Shown here one piece after another: positions 46,781 through 55,294 of a stretch of DNA of 64,000 bases; the first letter of the stretch is position 1; the number at the start of each line of letters is the position of its first letter. The notes beneath the pieces are model-generated. The model worked only from the letters and a program-made list of their open reading frames with translations, was not told the origin of the DNA and did no database searches. This stretch comes from an uncultured Pelagibacteraceae bacterium (GTDB taxonomy: Bacteria > Pseudomonadota > Alphaproteobacteria > Pelagibacterales > Pelagibacteraceae), in NCBI GenBank assembly GCA_902515355.1, contig CABXUA010000002.1:15164-79163 (forward strand). The letters run 5' to 3'. The position numbers were made by a program, and so were the translations under genes.

Positions 46781-47716
46781 TTAGGTTGTTTCTTTTAAAA
46801 CTTTTTTAAAAAGAATTGAAAAATCTTTAGAATAAAGCTTTTTCCAAGTGGTCATATGGCCCCTAGACCAAGTGTTTTGTCTTTTAGCATACTGCCTAGT
46901 TCTAATTTTTATAAGGTCAATAGTTTCTGTTTTACCTTGTATCCCATCTAAATAGTTAGAAATTTCCCTTACCCCAATTATTTTATTTGCTGATAGAGTA
47001 TTGTCTATCTTTAATTTCAAGAAATTTTTTACTTCATCAGTGCATTTATTTCTAAACATCAATTCTGTCCTTTTAGAAATGTTTTTTAGAAGTTCTTCTT
47101 TTGGAATATTTATAAATATCTTTTTAATTTCAAAGTCTAAAAATTCAGATTTTGTGTTAAAGGCCCATGCAAATATAGATTTTTTTGTCGATTTTTTAAC
47201 CTCATAAGCTCTTAATGTTCTTTGTGTATCTGTTTCAGAAATAATCTTTTTAGACAAAGGATCAATTTCTATAAGTTTTTTATAAAATCTTTTTTGACCT
47301 ATTCTTTTGTGTAAAGATCTTAGGCTGTTCCTTAAATTAGAGTCAATCTGAGGAATTTTACTAATACCTCTAGTTATAGCATTAAAATATAAGCCAGTTC
47401 CGCCTACCAATATAGGTACTCTTTTTTTTTTAACACATTTATTAATCTTATCTTTTGCTAAAGATAACCATTCACCAGTTGAAAAATATTTATTTACAGA
47501 CAAAAACCCGTAAAGATGATGTTTAACCTTTAATAGATCTGAACTTGAGGGCCTAGAAGTTAAAACGGAAAATTGTTTATATACCTGCATACTATCGGCA
47601 TTAATAATTTCTCCTTTAATTCTTTTTGCTAAATGTATCGCTAAGTGAGACTTTCCAGATGCAGTGGGTCCGGCAATAAGAACTAATTTTTTTTGAAAAT
47701 TTAATTTGTTAGTCAA
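46781..47716 (-). CDS. miaA: tRNA dimethylallyltransferase
   Basis: GPTASGKS, INADSMQVY, VGGTGLY, TRQYAKRQ.TW. Confidence 0.95.
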   Translation of the reverse strand: MTNKLNFQKKLVLIAGPTASGKSHLAIHLAKRIKGEIINADSMQVYKQFSVLTSRPSSSDLLKVKHHLYGFLSVNKYFSTGEWLSLAKDKINKCVKKKRVPILVGGTGLYFNAITRGISKIPQIDSNLRNSLRSLHKRIGQKRFYKKLIEIDPLSKKIISETDTQRTLRAYEVKKSTKKSIFAWAFNTKSEFLDFEIKKIFINIPKEELLKNISKRTELMFRNKCTDEVKNFLKLKIDNTLSANKIIGVREISNYLDGIQGKTETIDLIKIRTRQYAKRQNTWSRGHMTTWKKLYSKDFSILFKKVLKETT

Positions 47717-47718
47717 AA

Positions 47719-49122
47719 CTAATTAATTTTTACACCAAGATATCTTCTTCTATTATTATTATTATCAATAATTGTTAAAAGAAGTGTTTTCTCACCTTTT
47801 TTAATAATTTGATCAACTGATTTACCTAGTGTTTCCGAAGTAATCGATTTTTTTTGCACCTCAAGAATAACATCATTTATTCTCAATGCTCTTGAAAGAG
47901 GACTCTTGTCTAAAATTTCAAGCACTACAACCCCTTTTGAATTTTTTGGCAAGTTCCTTTGTCTTATATCTTCTGTATTAACATCTCTAACTTTAATTTT
48001 TAAAATATCTATCTCTGTCTCTTTTTCTTTGCTCCCTTCTTTAAATTCTTTAGAAGCCTCAAGTCTTCCAAGCGTCAATCTTTTAGAAATAAGTTTTTTG
48101 TTTCTCCAAATTTTTATAATTACTTGTTTTCCAACTGCAGTGTTGCCAACTTCTTTTGGAAGAGTTCGCATTGTATTAATTTTTTTCCCATCAAATTCTA
48201 AAATAATATCTCCTGCCTTTAATCCTGCTTTGTCTGCTGGACTTTGAGGAGACACACTTGCCACCAAAGCTCCCTTGGGATCTTTCATTCCCTCTACTTC
48301 TGCAATCTCTTTTGTAACTTCTTGGATACGAACTCCCAACCATCCTCTTCTAGTTTCTCCATATTTAATTAGTTGCTCAATAACATTAGAAGCTGCGTTA
48401 GCAGGAATTGCAAATCCAATACCAATTGAACCTGCTTGGCCAGGTGCAATGATTGCTGTGTTGATTCCAATAACTTCTCCATCTAAATTAAACAAAGGAC
48501 CACCAGAATTTCCTTGATTGATAGATGCGTCTGTCTGAATAAAGTCATCGTATCGAGTTAAATTTATGTCTCTGTTTCTTGCAGAAATAATACCTGAAGT
48601 AACTGTACCACTAAAACCAAAAGGGTTTCCAATAGCCACGACCCAATCACCTACTCTTGCTTTATCAGAGTCACCAAATTTTACAGGAATAAAATCATCT
48701 TTACCCTCAATTTTTAAAACAGCTACATCCATATAAGGATCAGCGCCTATTACCTTTGCTTTATATTCTTTTGAACCTACTTTAACTAGAATATCTTCTG
48801 AGTTCGAAATTACGTGATTATTTGTGACAACCAAACCTTCTTTTTTAATAATAAATCCTGATCCCAATGATGAAGCTTTTCTCTCAGTTGGTCTTTGAAA
48901 ATCTTTAAACATCTCCTCAAAAGGAGATCCTGGGGGAAATTGAAATGGAAATTGGTTGCCTGTGGTTTTGATAGTTTGCGTTGTAGAAATATTTACAACA
49001 GAAGGCATTAGTTTCTCTGCTAAATCTGCAAATGACTCTGGTGCATTTCTAGCCTTGCCCTCAATATTAAAAATAAAACAAAAAAATAATAAATAGGCTA
49101 GTATTTTTTTATAACTTTTCAT
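47719..49122 (-). CDS. degP: Do/DegQ-family periplasmic serine protease
   Basis: TNNHV, DVAVLK, GNSGGPL catalytic triad; two PDZ domains. Confidence 0.9.
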   Translation of the reverse strand: MKSYKKILAYLLFFCFIFNIEGKARNAPESFADLAEKLMPSVVNISTTQTIKTTGNQFPFQFPPGSPFEEMFKDFQRPTERKASSLGSGFIIKKEGLVVTNNHVISNSEDILVKVGSKEYKAKVIGADPYMDVAVLKIEGKDDFIPVKFGDSDKARVGDWVVAIGNPFGFSGTVTSGIISARNRDINLTRYDDFIQTDASINQGNSGGPLFNLDGEVIGINTAIIAPGQAGSIGIGFAIPANAASNVIEQLIKYGETRRGWLGVRIQEVTKEIAEVEGMKDPKGALVASVSPQSPADKAGLKAGDIILEFDGKKINTMRTLPKEVGNTAVGKQVIIKIWRNKKLISKRLTLGRLEASKEFKEGSKEKETEIDILKIKVRDVNTEDIRQRNLPKNSKGVVVLEILDKSPLSRALRINDVILEVQKKSITSETLGKSVDQIIKKGEKTLLLTIIDNNNNRRRYLGVKIN

Positions 49123-49308
49123 TTAATTTTTTATGTACCAAACAATTACAAAACCTAATATTAAAAAAAAAACTCCTGAGAGTCTTAATTTATTTTCAGG
49201 AGTATTTTCAATCAATTTTAGCATATTTTTTATTTTTGACGGAAACAAGGCAACTATTAAGCCTTCGATAAACAAAAGTAATCCTATAGCGGTTATAAGA
49301 TCTTTCAT
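49123..49308 (-). CDS. DUF2065 (YjeT-like) membrane protein
   Basis: AIGLLLFIEG....FP; conserved position after hflC. Confidence 0.85.
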   Translation of the reverse strand: MKDLITAIGLLLFIEGLIVALFPSKIKNMLKLIENTPENKLRLSGVFFLILGFVIVWYIKN

Positions 49309-49319
49309 TTTATTAATAT

Positions 49320-50198
49320 TTATGGTTTTTTAGCAGTTCCTGCTTTGATGTTGCCAAAGAATTTAAAGAAATCACTATCAGGAGAAAGTATTAAAGAAGT
49401 TTCTCCACCAATTAAAGCTTTTTCATAAGCTATCATTGCTCTGTAAAAAGCAAAAAATTGAGGGTCTCTTCCGAAGGCATTGGCAAAAATTTTATTTCTT
49501 TCGCCATCTCCCTCTCCTTTCATAATTTCTGACTGTTTATTCGCATTTGCTAATATTACAGTTACATCTTTATCAGCAGTTGAAGTAATTTTAGCAGCTA
49601 TTTCTGCTCCCTGTGCTCTAAATTCTTTTGCTTCTCTTTCACGTTCGGTTTGCATTCTTTTATAAATCGCCTCGCTGTTAGCTGGAGGAAGATCAGCTCT
49701 TTTAATTCTTACATCCACAATATTTATTCCAAATTTTTGCGCTTCGTTGTTTACATCGTTTTGAATAATTTCCATTTGTCTAACTCGATCAGTTGAAAGT
49801 AGTGTAGCTAATTCTTGTTTACCAAGAACACCTCTTAACCTAGAATTAATAATCGTTGAAAGTCTAGATCTCGCTACTCTTTCATTTCCAACTGAAATAT
49901 AAAACTTTAATGGGTCAACTATTTTAAATCTAGCAATCGCATCTACGATTAATCTTTTTTGGTCAGCAGCAATTACCTCTTCTGGTGCATTATCTAAGTT
50001 TAATATTCTTTTATCTAAATATACGACATTTTGAATGAAAGGTATTTTAAAATTTAAACCTGCTTTCGTAATAATTTTCTTAGGGTCACCAAATTGAAGA
50101 ACTATTGCTTGGTTTATTTCTTGAACAATTATTAAGGATTGAAATAAAATAACCCCTATTACTAATATTGCTGGAATTATAAATTTTGGTGTTTTCAT
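49320..50198 (-). CDS. hflC: FtsH modulator HflC
   Basis: SPFH domain, DVRIKRADLP, RM.TER.REA..FRAQG. Confidence 0.95.
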   Translation of the reverse strand: MKTPKFIIPAILVIGVILFQSLIIVQEINQAIVLQFGDPKKIITKAGLNFKIPFIQNVVYLDKRILNLDNAPEEVIAADQKRLIVDAIARFKIVDPLKFYISVGNERVARSRLSTIINSRLRGVLGKQELATLLSTDRVRQMEIIQNDVNNEAQKFGINIVDVRIKRADLPPANSEAIYKRMQTEREREAKEFRAQGAEIAAKITSTADKDVTVILANANKQSEIMKGEGDGERNKIFANAFGRDPQFFAFYRAMIAYEKALIGGETSLILSPDSDFFKFFGNIKAGTAKKP

Positions 50199-50200
50199 AT

Positions 50201-51304
50201 TTAATTATTTTTCTTTTTTAACTCAGGTAATGGTAGATAAGGAACTACACCAGAGCCAGATTTTTTATCTATGATAACTTTATCAATATCTGCTAAAACT
50301 TTTTCCATTGTCTCCAAATACATTCTTTCCTGCGTAACTTGTTTTGCGTTTTTGTATTCATTGTAAATAGCTAAAAATCTACTTGCTTCACCCTCCGCCT
50401 TTGCTACTACTTCTTTTTTATAAGCCTCTGCTTTTTGTAAAACTTGTTCTGCTTCACCACGTGCTCTTGGAATAACATCATTAGCATATGCTTCTGCTTC
50501 ATTTTTTGATCTTTCTCTGTCTGCTCTAGCTGCTTGAACATCTCTAAATGCATCAATTACTTGACTTGGTGGATCAGCTTGTTGAGTTTGAACTTGAGTA
50601 ATTTCTATACCAGACTGATACTCATCTAAAATTCCTTGCATGATTGCTTGTACCTCAACCTCTATTTTTGATCTTCCCTCAGTTAAAATGGACTGGATAG
50701 GGCTTTTAGCTATTACTTCTCTCATTGCAGTTTCTGAAGTTGCTTTAATGGTTTCTACTGGACTTTGTATGTTAAATAAAAAATTTTGAGCATCTTTAAT
50801 TACCCAAAAAACAGAATAATTTATGTCTACAATATTTTCGTCACCAGTCAACATTAGGCTTTCTTCATCGACATCTGCAACTCCGGAAGTTCTACCGGTG
50901 TCACTAGCAGGTCTAAAACCTACATCAATTCGATTAACTTTAGTAACTTTTGGAGTCAGAACTCTTTCTACAGGAAATGGTATATGATAATTCAAACCTG
51001 GTTGAGTGGTTTTAACGTATTTTCCAAATCTAAGAACAACTCCTTGCTCATCAGGCAAAACTCTATAAAGGCCGCTTGCTGCCCAAACACCTAATAAAAT
51101 AATTAAAATTAGTACAATTGATTTTCCACCACCAGATTTACCCCCTGGTAAAAATTTATTAATTAAATTTTGAAAATTTTTTATAACATCGTCTAAATTG
51201 GGAGGTTCTCTTCTTGATCCAGAACCATTTCCACCCCTACCGCTACCTCCAGGGGTTGAGCCCCAGGGAGATTGATTTTTGAATATACTGCCTTTTGACG
51301 TCAT
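50201..51304 (-). CDS. hflK: FtsH modulator HflK
   Basis: PWG...PPNLDD, MLTGDENIV, EAEAYAN..IPRARG, YLPL. Confidence 0.95.
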   Translation of the reverse strand: MTSKGSIFKNQSPWGSTPGGSGRGGNGSGSRREPPNLDDVIKNFQNLINKFLPGGKSGGGKSIVLILIILLGVWAASGLYRVLPDEQGVVLRFGKYVKTTQPGLNYHIPFPVERVLTPKVTKVNRIDVGFRPASDTGRTSGVADVDEESLMLTGDENIVDINYSVFWVIKDAQNFLFNIQSPVETIKATSETAMREVIAKSPIQSILTEGRSKIEVEVQAIMQGILDEYQSGIEITQVQTQQADPPSQVIDAFRDVQAARADRERSKNEAEAYANDVIPRARGEAEQVLQKAEAYKKEVVAKAEGEASRFLAIYNEYKNAKQVTQERMYLETMEKVLADIDKVIIDKKSGSGVVPYLPLPELKKKNN

Positions 51305-51381
51305 GACACTTTATATAGTTACTTTTATTATAAAAACAAGTTAAGTATTAGCGATATTATGACCACTATAACAATATAACT

Positions 51382-52176
51382 ATGAGCCAAAAACCACCTC
51401 CAAAGCAATTTGTAAAGACTCCCATAAAAGGAGCTAAATTTACATTATTGATTTCTAGCGCTAAAGGAGGAGTTGGTAAGTCAACTGTCGCAGTTAATCT
51501 TGCTTTTGCTTTACAAAACTTAGGATTAAAAATTGGGATACTAGATGCTGATGTTTATGGTCCGTCATTACCAAAATTAATTAATTTAAATGAAAAACCA
51601 AAAAGTGAAGATGGTAAAGCTTTAATACCAGTTGAAAAATATAACGCTCAATGTATGTCAATGGGTTTTTTAGTTGATGAACAAACGCCGATGATTTGGA
51701 GAGGACCAATGGTTATTAGTGCAATTAAAACAATGACTCAAAAAGTTTTATGGAAAGATAGAGACATTATCATAATTGACATGCCTCCTGGCACTGGAGA
51801 TACACAGCTAACTTTTGCCCAAGAAGTTAAAGTTGATGGGGCTATTATTGTTTCAACACCTCAGGACCTCGCCTTACTAGATGTTAAAAGAGGAATACAA
51901 ATGTTTGATAAAACAGGTGTAAAGATTTTGGGTTTAATAGATAATATGAGCTTCTTTAAAGGAGATGATGGAAAAGAGTACAAAATTTTTGGTGAAGGGG
52001 GAGTGGAAAAAACTGCTAAAGAATTTAATAAAGAATTTTTAGGACACCTTCCTTTAAATCAAGATTTAAGAAATTCAGCTGATGAAGGCAATCCTTTAAC
52101 TCATTCTAAGCCAGACCATGAGGTTTCAAAATTATTTGAAAATATTGCAAAGAAAATTAAAAATTATTTAGGCTAA
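51382..52176 (+). CDS. mrp: Mrp/ApbC Fe-S cluster carrier ATPase
   Basis: SAKGGVGKST, DADVYGPS, WRGPM, DMPPGTGD. Confidence 0.92.
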   Translation: MSQKPPPKQFVKTPIKGAKFTLLISSAKGGVGKSTVAVNLAFALQNLGLKIGILDADVYGPSLPKLINLNEKPKSEDGKALIPVEKYNAQCMSMGFLVDEQTPMIWRGPMVISAIKTMTQKVLWKDRDIIIIDMPPGTGDTQLTFAQEVKVDGAIIVSTPQDLALLDVKRGIQMFDKTGVKILGLIDNMSFFKGDDGKEYKIFGEGGVEKTAKEFNKEFLGHLPLNQDLRNSADEGNPLTHSKPDHEVSKLFENIAKKIKNYLG

Positions 52177-52179
52177 TTA

Positions 52180-52299
52180 ATGATAGAGTATTTAAAAAAA
52201 TATAAAAGAATTTTGTTTATAATTCTAATTATAATTTTAATAGAATTAAGTGGACACGGAATATTAGCTTCATTATCAAGGCTAATGAGAGTTCTTTAA
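52180..52299 (+). CDS. Putative 39-aa single-TM small protein
   Basis: MIEYLKKYKRILFIILIIILIELSGHGILASLSRLMRVL fills the mrp-thyX gap; below ORF-track cutoff. Confidence 0.5.
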   Translation: MIEYLKKYKRILFIILIIILIELSGHGILASLSRLMRVL

Positions 52300-52305
52300 C
52301 TTTTA

Positions 52306-53253
52306 TCAGACTAAGTAATCTTTAAAATCAAAAGAAGTCATTAGCTCATTCCACTCTCTTTTTGAAAGACCGGAACTTTCATAATTTACTTTTTCACCTT
52401 TAGCCATTTTTTGAATAATTTTTTTGCCTTTTGCTGAAACTTGAACTGCTCCTACTCTATAATCTAGAAACGCAGCGTGAGTTATTGGTACCCATTTTTT
52501 TACAGTCTCAAGCATTGTTTCTGCGTAAACTCTTATTTCAAACTGAGCATGACTATCGGCCCTTAAAAATAAAAAGTTTAGTAGATTTAATAAATCTGTT
52601 TTCCAATACCACTGAGTGTAAGAATTTAATGTTAAATTCATTCTAGCGAGCTCTCTTGCTAAACCAGCTTTGTTCTCATCAATCGTTGAACCATCAAATC
52701 TCTCATTTAGCATTTTCTCGTAATTGTCATAAGTTCTTGTAGCATCATCTTTTAAAATTTTCAAAACTTCATCTGCTTGTTCTCCAGAAATTAAATCTCC
52801 TCTACCTTGGCGATTTGAAGTTGACTGAGCAGATAACTGATCTTTAGATGGAATATAAAATTCTTTATCTAAAATAGAATATCTTGCTGAGTATTCATTT
52901 ACATTTGCTGTTCGATGTCTAATCCACTGACGTGCGATAAAGATTGGAAGTTTTACATGATATTTAATCTCACACATTTCAAATGGAGTAGAGTGCCAAT
53001 GTCTCATCAAATATTTTATTAATCCCTCGTCTGTTGAAACTTTTTTTGTACCTTTTCCATAAGATACTCTAGCTGATTGAACGATGGAGGAGTCGTCACC
53101 CATATAGTCTACAACTCGAACAAAACCATGGTCTAATACAGGAAGTGCCTCGTAAAGAATTTTTTCTAATTCAGAAGAGGTAACTCTTTTAGTCTCATTT
53201 TTTTGAGACTGTTGCTCATTTATTTCTCGCTTTTGTTCAGGCGTTAACTTCAT
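52306..53253 (-). CDS. thyX: Flavin-dependent thymidylate synthase (true start MKLTPEQ at 53253)
   Basis: [18 protein letters not shown] (RHRx7S) motif; the longer ORF overlaps tmRNA. Confidence 0.95.
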   Translation of the reverse strand: MKLTPEQKREINEQQSQKNETKRVTSSELEKILYEALPVLDHGFVRVVDYMGDDSSIVQSARVSYGKGTKKVSTDEGLIKYLMRHWHSTPFEMCEIKYHVKLPIFIARQWIRHRTANVNEYSARYSILDKEFYIPSKDQLSAQSTSNRQGRGDLISGEQADEVLKILKDDATRTYDNYEKMLNERFDGSTIDENKAGLARELARMNLTLNSYTQWYWKTDLLNLLNFLFLRADSHAQFEIRVYAETMLETVKKWVPITHAAFLDYRVGAVQVSAKGKKIIQKMAKGEKVNYESSGLSKREWNELMTSFDFKDYLV

Positions 53254-53301
53254 TTTGAATAAAATTATTGAATCTATTTTAAAGAGTTTTATATTAATAG
53301 T

Positions 53302-53560
53302 GTTGGTTTTCCAACTATGACGATAAACGAATTTCGTAATAAACATTACGGACGTGGGGGCAGTACCCACCACCTCCACCATTTACAACTTATGGGGGTG
53401 AACCAGGATCGACGGATGTCTAAAGGCTATTCTTTCGTTCGAGATGGTTCCGACGTAACGGGCTAATTATAAATGCAAATAATAAATTTGCACTTGCTGC
53501 TTAATTAACTTGTTAATTAAGTGAACGGGGTTTGGGGCACCTGGCAACAGAACGCCCCTG
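53302..53560 (+). ncRNA. ssrA: Circularly permuted two-piece tmRNA gene (alphaproteobacterial type); outer ends approximate
   Basis: Acceptor piece ends with T-arm GTGGG-GGCAGTA-CCCAC then CACCTCC-ACCA (53381). A 12-nt intervening segment follows. Coding piece starts GGGGGTG (53394), pairing with a G3:U70 wobble. Tag frame 53475-53504 encodes ANNKFALAA*. 3' hairpin GGGGC-ACCTGGCAACAGAAC-GCCCC. Confidence 0.95.
53535..53559 (+). repeat. att core copy 0 (inside the tmRNA 3' end)
   Basis: GGGCACCTGGCAACAGAACGCCCCT. Confidence 0.95.
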
Positions 53561-53604
53561 CTTATCTGCGTTAACACTTATTAATTCACAACTTTTTTAA
53601 CTTT

Positions 53605-53626
53605 GGGCACACATAGGACTCAGTGA
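53605..53626 (+). repeat. Cassette 1 left arm-like repeats
   Basis: GGGCACA (53605) and GGACTCA (53616), 11-bp period, followed by GTGA. Confidence 0.7.
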
Positions 53627-53629
53627 GAA

Positions 53630-53818
53630 CTATAAAATTTTGGCTCCAAAAAATTTTGCAAGTATCCAAAGTAAAAGCACAAAAGATACAACAAACCAAA
53701 TTAATACAGCTAGCCCACTATCAGGAAACAAAAGATAAATTGGGGTCGTTATACCAAACGAAAAAATTATTAAAGCAAAACGGATTAATACAGTTTTTAA
53801 CATATCTAAAATTAACAT
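53630..53818 (-). CDS. Small 2-TM membrane protein (cassette 1 cargo)
   Basis: Two hydrophobic segments; same strand as the neighbouring cargo. Confidence 0.55.
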   Translation of the reverse strand: MLILDMLKTVLIRFALIIFSFGITTPIYLLFPDSGLAVLIWFVVSFVLLLWILAKFFGAKIL

Positions 53819-53847
53819 ATTTTTAATTAGATTGAAGACTTTAAAAT

Positions 53848-54186
53848 TTATTTTTTTTCTTTCTTTTGATAGTTTAATTCCGCTCCTTCAAGATAATAAC
53901 ATCTCCAACCAAAATTTAACGCTTTTATCCTATCATTTTTTGATAGGTATATTTGAGGATATTCACCTTTATAAAAAAGTTTTTGTCCTGTATCCGTATA
54001 AGTGATATCTCCGTTTTTTAAAACTTTATCTACCTTCCAGCCGTCATATACATATCGATACAAATCTTTTTCATCTGAACATTTAACCCATTCACGATCT
54101 TCAGGTGCAAAAATTAAAGCTAAAACGATTGCAATAAAAAATGAAAGAAAAATTGAGAAAAAAAAGTACTTAAGTATTTTTATCAC
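53848..54186 (-). CDS. Membrane-anchored hypothetical protein (cassette 1 cargo)
   Basis: N-terminal TM, two Cys in the soluble domain. Confidence 0.65.
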   Translation of the reverse strand: MIKILKYFFFSIFLSFFIAIVLALIFAPEDREWVKCSDEKDLYRYVYDGWKVDKVLKNGDITYTDTGQKLFYKGEYPQIYLSKNDRIKALNFGWRCYYLEGAELNYQKKEKK

Positions 54187-54209
54187 TAATCATTTTTATC
54201 TTTTAAGTT

Positions 54210-54238
54210 GGGCACAATTAGGGTCCAATTTGGACACA
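54210..54238 (+). repeat. Cassette 1 right arm-like repeats
   Basis: GGGCACA (54210), GGGTCCA (54221), GGACACA (54232), 11-bp period. Confidence 0.75.
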
Positions 54239-54298
54239 GCTGCCAAAGAAATTTGAGTATTTTAAACTCTAGAATTGTTATATAACGTTAAAGGTTAA

Positions 54299-54323
54299 GG
54301 GCACCTGGCAACAGAACGCCCCT
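54299..54323 (+). repeat. att core copy 1
   Basis: 25/25 identical to 53535-53559. Confidence 0.97.
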
Positions 54324-54368
54324 TCAAATCTCTGATTCTTCTTTAATACCAACAATTAAAAATTTTGT

Positions 54369-54389
54369 GACGCACTATGGACGCAGTGA
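54369..54389 (+). repeat. Cassette 2 left arm-like repeats
   Basis: GACGCA at 54369 and 54380, followed by GTGA. Confidence 0.8.
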
Positions 54390-54402
54390 TAAAGAGTTTT
54401 AA

Positions 54403-54861
54403 TTAAAATTTTGATCCTGACTTTTTGCATTTCATTGCGGTACCATCACTGGCAATTTCTAAATCATAATTTTTTTTACCTTTTTTCCAAGGTTTGGTCG
54501 TTCTCATTATAGAAACAAAACCATTCATACGATCTATTTGGATTTGATATAAATGTTTTTTATATTCTTTAAAATCCCAGTGATCCCAATCACTTACGTG
54601 CGTGTCGTATTCTCCGTAATTTTGTAAAACACCTCTTAAGTGAGAAATAACCCATTGTTCGTTTTTTGTTTGAATTTTAAAATTTACCTTATTTCCTCCT
54701 GAGCCTTGAAACACTTCAATAATTTCATTATCAAAATTAACATATACGAGGTCCCCCTCAATTTTATCCAAAATGCTTTGGCATTTCAGTTTAATTTTTT
54801 CAGCGTTAACATTACCGCTCCATAACAAAGCCAGAAATACGATCGCTAAAAGTTTTTTCAT
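54403..54861 (-). CDS. Secreted hypothetical protein (cassette 2 cargo)
   Basis: Signal peptide MKKLLAIVFLALLWSGNVNA; Cys near both ends of the mature protein; IDR motif. Confidence 0.75.
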   Translation of the reverse strand: MKKLLAIVFLALLWSGNVNAEKIKLKCQSILDKIEGDLVYVNFDNEIIEVFQGSGGNKVNFKIQTKNEQWVISHLRGVLQNYGEYDTHVSDWDHWDFKEYKKHLYQIQIDRMNGFVSIMRTTKPWKKGKKNYDLEIASDGTAMKCKKSGSKF

Positions 54862-54865
54862 GTTC

Positions 54866-55294
54866 CTAAATTTTAGGTTTAGTTTTTATAACACAATTAT
54901 ATATGTTGTTTTGATCATAAATTTGATTAGCCAAAACAGAGATATCATTAGGAGGAAGGGGCGATTTTTCACCAAATAAAACTCTACCATCGGTCCAGTA
55001 GAGTTTATAAGCGAGTTTTAAAGTATCTCTATCAATCATGTAATATCTGCTAGATTTATTTCCAGTATTATTGAATATATATATTCTGTCATTTTTAAAA
55101 ATTCTTTTAAAAATAACGTCTTCATTATAAATTTTTGAATCAAAAAGAGTTGTAACGCTAGCTTTTTCAACAAAACGTTTTCCATTTTTTTGCATAACGT
55201 AGAACCTGTCATCACAAATTAAATGAACATCTTTTGAAAAAGCATTCCCACTCCACAACAAACCCAGAACCACGATCGTTAAAAGTTTTTTCAT
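54866..55294 (-). CDS. Secreted hypothetical protein (cassette 2 cargo)
   Basis: Signal peptide MKKLLTIVVLGLLWSGNAFS; Cys near both ends of the mature protein; IDR motif. Confidence 0.75.
   Translation of the reverse strand: MKKLLTIVVLGLLWSGNAFSKDVHLICDDRFYVMQKNGKRFVEKASVTTLFDSKIYNEDVIFKRIFKNDRIYIFNNTGNKSSRYYMIDRDTLKLAYKLYWTDGRVLFGEKSPLPPNDISVLANQIYDQNNIYNCVIKTKPKI

Noticed and set aside
53349-53381. Stand-alone tRNA
   Set aside because: Only a T-arm and acceptor 3' strand are present; this is the tmRNA acceptor piece
53254-53382. N-terminal extension of thyX in the ORF track
   Set aside because: It overlaps the tmRNA acceptor piece and promoter on the opposite strand; ThyX plausibly starts at 53253
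53501-53520. Palindrome TTAATTAAC-TT-GTTAATTAA as a separate element
   Set aside because: It is the normal stem-loop at the tmRNA tag stop codon
53623-54979. Plus-strand ORFs 53623-53826, 54002-54256 and 54773-54979 in the island
   Set aside because: They are antisense shadows of better minus-strand ORFs that have TM segments or signal peptides
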